From an uncultured Ardenticatenaceae bacterium (GTDB lineage Bacteria; Chloroflexota; Anaerolineae; Promineifilales; Promineifilaceae), in the NCBI GenBank assembly GCA_964467705.1, contig CAYXUZ010000011.1:572-64571 (forward strand): a stretch of DNA of 64,000 bases, given 5' to 3'. A model generated the notes under the pieces. It saw only the letters and a program-made list of their open reading frames with translations, was not told where the DNA came from and did not search any database. Of this stretch, positions 63,381-64,000 are shown piece after piece; position 1 is the first letter of the stretch, and every line of letters begins with the position of its first letter. Made by a program: the position numbers and the translations under genes.

Positions 63381-64000
63381 ATGACCGATTCGCATGTTCA
63401 AACCCATTACCGTACTTGCAATTTATGTGAGGCGATGTGTGGCCTGGAGATTAAGGTGGAAGGGCAGCACATTCTCTCGATCAAGGGGGACAAGGATGAC
63501 CCGTTTAGCCGGGGGCACATTTGCCCGAAGGCGACAGCGTTGGGGGATATTTACCATGACCCGGACAGGTTGAAGTATCCGGTGCGGCGCACGGCCGTTG
63601 GCTGGGAGCGCATCAGTTGGGAGGAGGCGCTTGACGAGGTGGTCAGTAATATCCAGCGCATTCAGGCGACACACGGCCGTAACGCCATCGGCGTCTATCT
63701 GGGCAACCCCAACGTGCATAATCTGGGTCTCATTTTGTACAACGCTCCCTTCATCCGCAGTTTGAAGACCAAGAACCGCTTCTCGGCTACGTCGGTGGAT
63801 CAACTGCCGAGCCAGTACGCCGCCTATCTGATGTTTGGGCATCAGTTGTTGTTTCCAGTGCCGGATGTAGATCGCACGCACTATTTTTTGATGCTGGGGG
63901 CAAATCCGCTGGCCTCGAATGGCAGTTTGATGACGGCCGCAGGTATTGAGAACCGGCTCAAGGCATTGCAAAAGCGGGGTGGGAAGCTGGTGGTGATTGA
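63381..64000 (+). CDS. Molybdopterin oxidoreductase (formate dehydrogenase/BisC-like), N-terminal part; continues beyond the window
   Basis: GAAGGAG RBS. The frame stays open to the window edge. The 4Fe-4S motif is CNLCEAMCGL...GHICPK, followed by GVYLGNPNVHN and LMLGANPLASNGS. Confidence 0.88.
   Translation, partial: MTDSHVQTHYRTCNLCEAMCGLEIKVEGQHILSIKGDKDDPFSRGHICPKATALGDIYHDPDRLKYPVRRTAVGWERISWEEALDEVVSNIQRIQATHGRNAIGVYLGNPNVHNLGLILYNAPFIRSLKTKNRFSATSVDQLPSQYAAYLMFGHQLLFPVPDVDRTHYFLMLGANPLASNGSLMTAAGIENRLKALQKRGGKLVVI

Larger units (their letters stand above)
222..63680. repeat. Dispersed highly iterated octamer palindrome ACGGCCGT (about 150 exact copies across the window)
   Basis: Manual scan found about 154 exact copies. 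Examples: 222, 1832, 2277, 2745, 3737, 4062, 5386, 6278, 6626, 7200, 7599, 7760, 7862, 7915, 8372, 17963, 17976, 33062, 33083, 38282, 38294, 54926, 54949, 63591, 63673. Copies lie in genes of both strands, in all frames, and in spacers. Confidence 0.9.

Noticed and set aside
63423-63971. 182-aa minus-strand ORF listed in the ORF track
   Set aside because: The plus strand has an RBS-preceded ATG at 63381 and an open frame to the window edge. That frame encodes clear molybdopterin-oxidoreductase motifs (CNLCEAMCG...). The minus ORF is its shadow.
1-64000. rRNA or tRNA genes
   Set aside because: I found no T-loop or acceptor-type signatures and no rRNA-like conserved blocks while reading the spacers. 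All gaps over 150 nt are explained by promoters, hairpins or the candidate element at 53937-54033. A tRNAscan/Infernal run would be needed to be certain.

Overview
This is a gene-dense chromosomal segment of roughly 60% GC by eye. It carries about 60 protein genes; I saw no rRNA, tRNA or CRISPR array. The gene content and repeat style suggest a Chloroflexota-like bacterium, but that is inference only. Most genes are ordinary: acyl-CoA dehydrogenase, queA, ilvE, holB, a moeA fusion, a nucleotide-sugar dehydrogenase, an ABC-2 exporter, MoxR/DUF58, RDD/SpoIIM, a GAF histidine kinase, and several secreted hydrolases. Five observations stand out.

1. **Candidate novel system.** A two-gene minus-strand operon (37693-42235) pairs a protein with two tandem SLATT-like 2TM modules and a Trp-marked Ala/Glu repeat tail with a three-domain protein. 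That second protein combines an NDT/TIR-like N-glycosidase-type domain, an ASK1-type TPR module (DUF4071-like) and a SLOG-like nucleotide-binding domain. I read this as a candidate uncharacterised nucleotide-signalling membrane-suicide (abortive-infection-like) system.
2. **Iterated palindrome.** The octamer ACGGCCGT occurs about 150 times against about 2 expected. This resembles cyanobacterial HIP1. It leaves a visible Thr-Ala-Val and Asp-Gly-Arg imprint in the proteins. It also defines copy-free patches (flotillin, MoxR cluster, TraB, 26.2-27.7 kb) that may be foreign DNA.
3. **Word hairpins.** Almost every intergenic spacer holds a locus-specific hairpin built from tandem 6-11 nt words followed by their complements. 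One 34-nt hairpin is duplicated at two loci. One word block is inserted in frame in moeA.
4. **Transmembrane EAD-FGE protein.** A protein with a death-like effector-associated N-terminal domain and an extracytoplasmic FGE-sulfatase domain has its start codon buried in a perfect 19-bp hairpin.
5. **Membrane-stress operon.** An NfeD-flotillin-PspA-like operon ends in a minimal 2TM K-channel-like gene with a variant filter (SVGYAD).

All family assignments come from motif recognition by eye and need HMM or structure confirmation.
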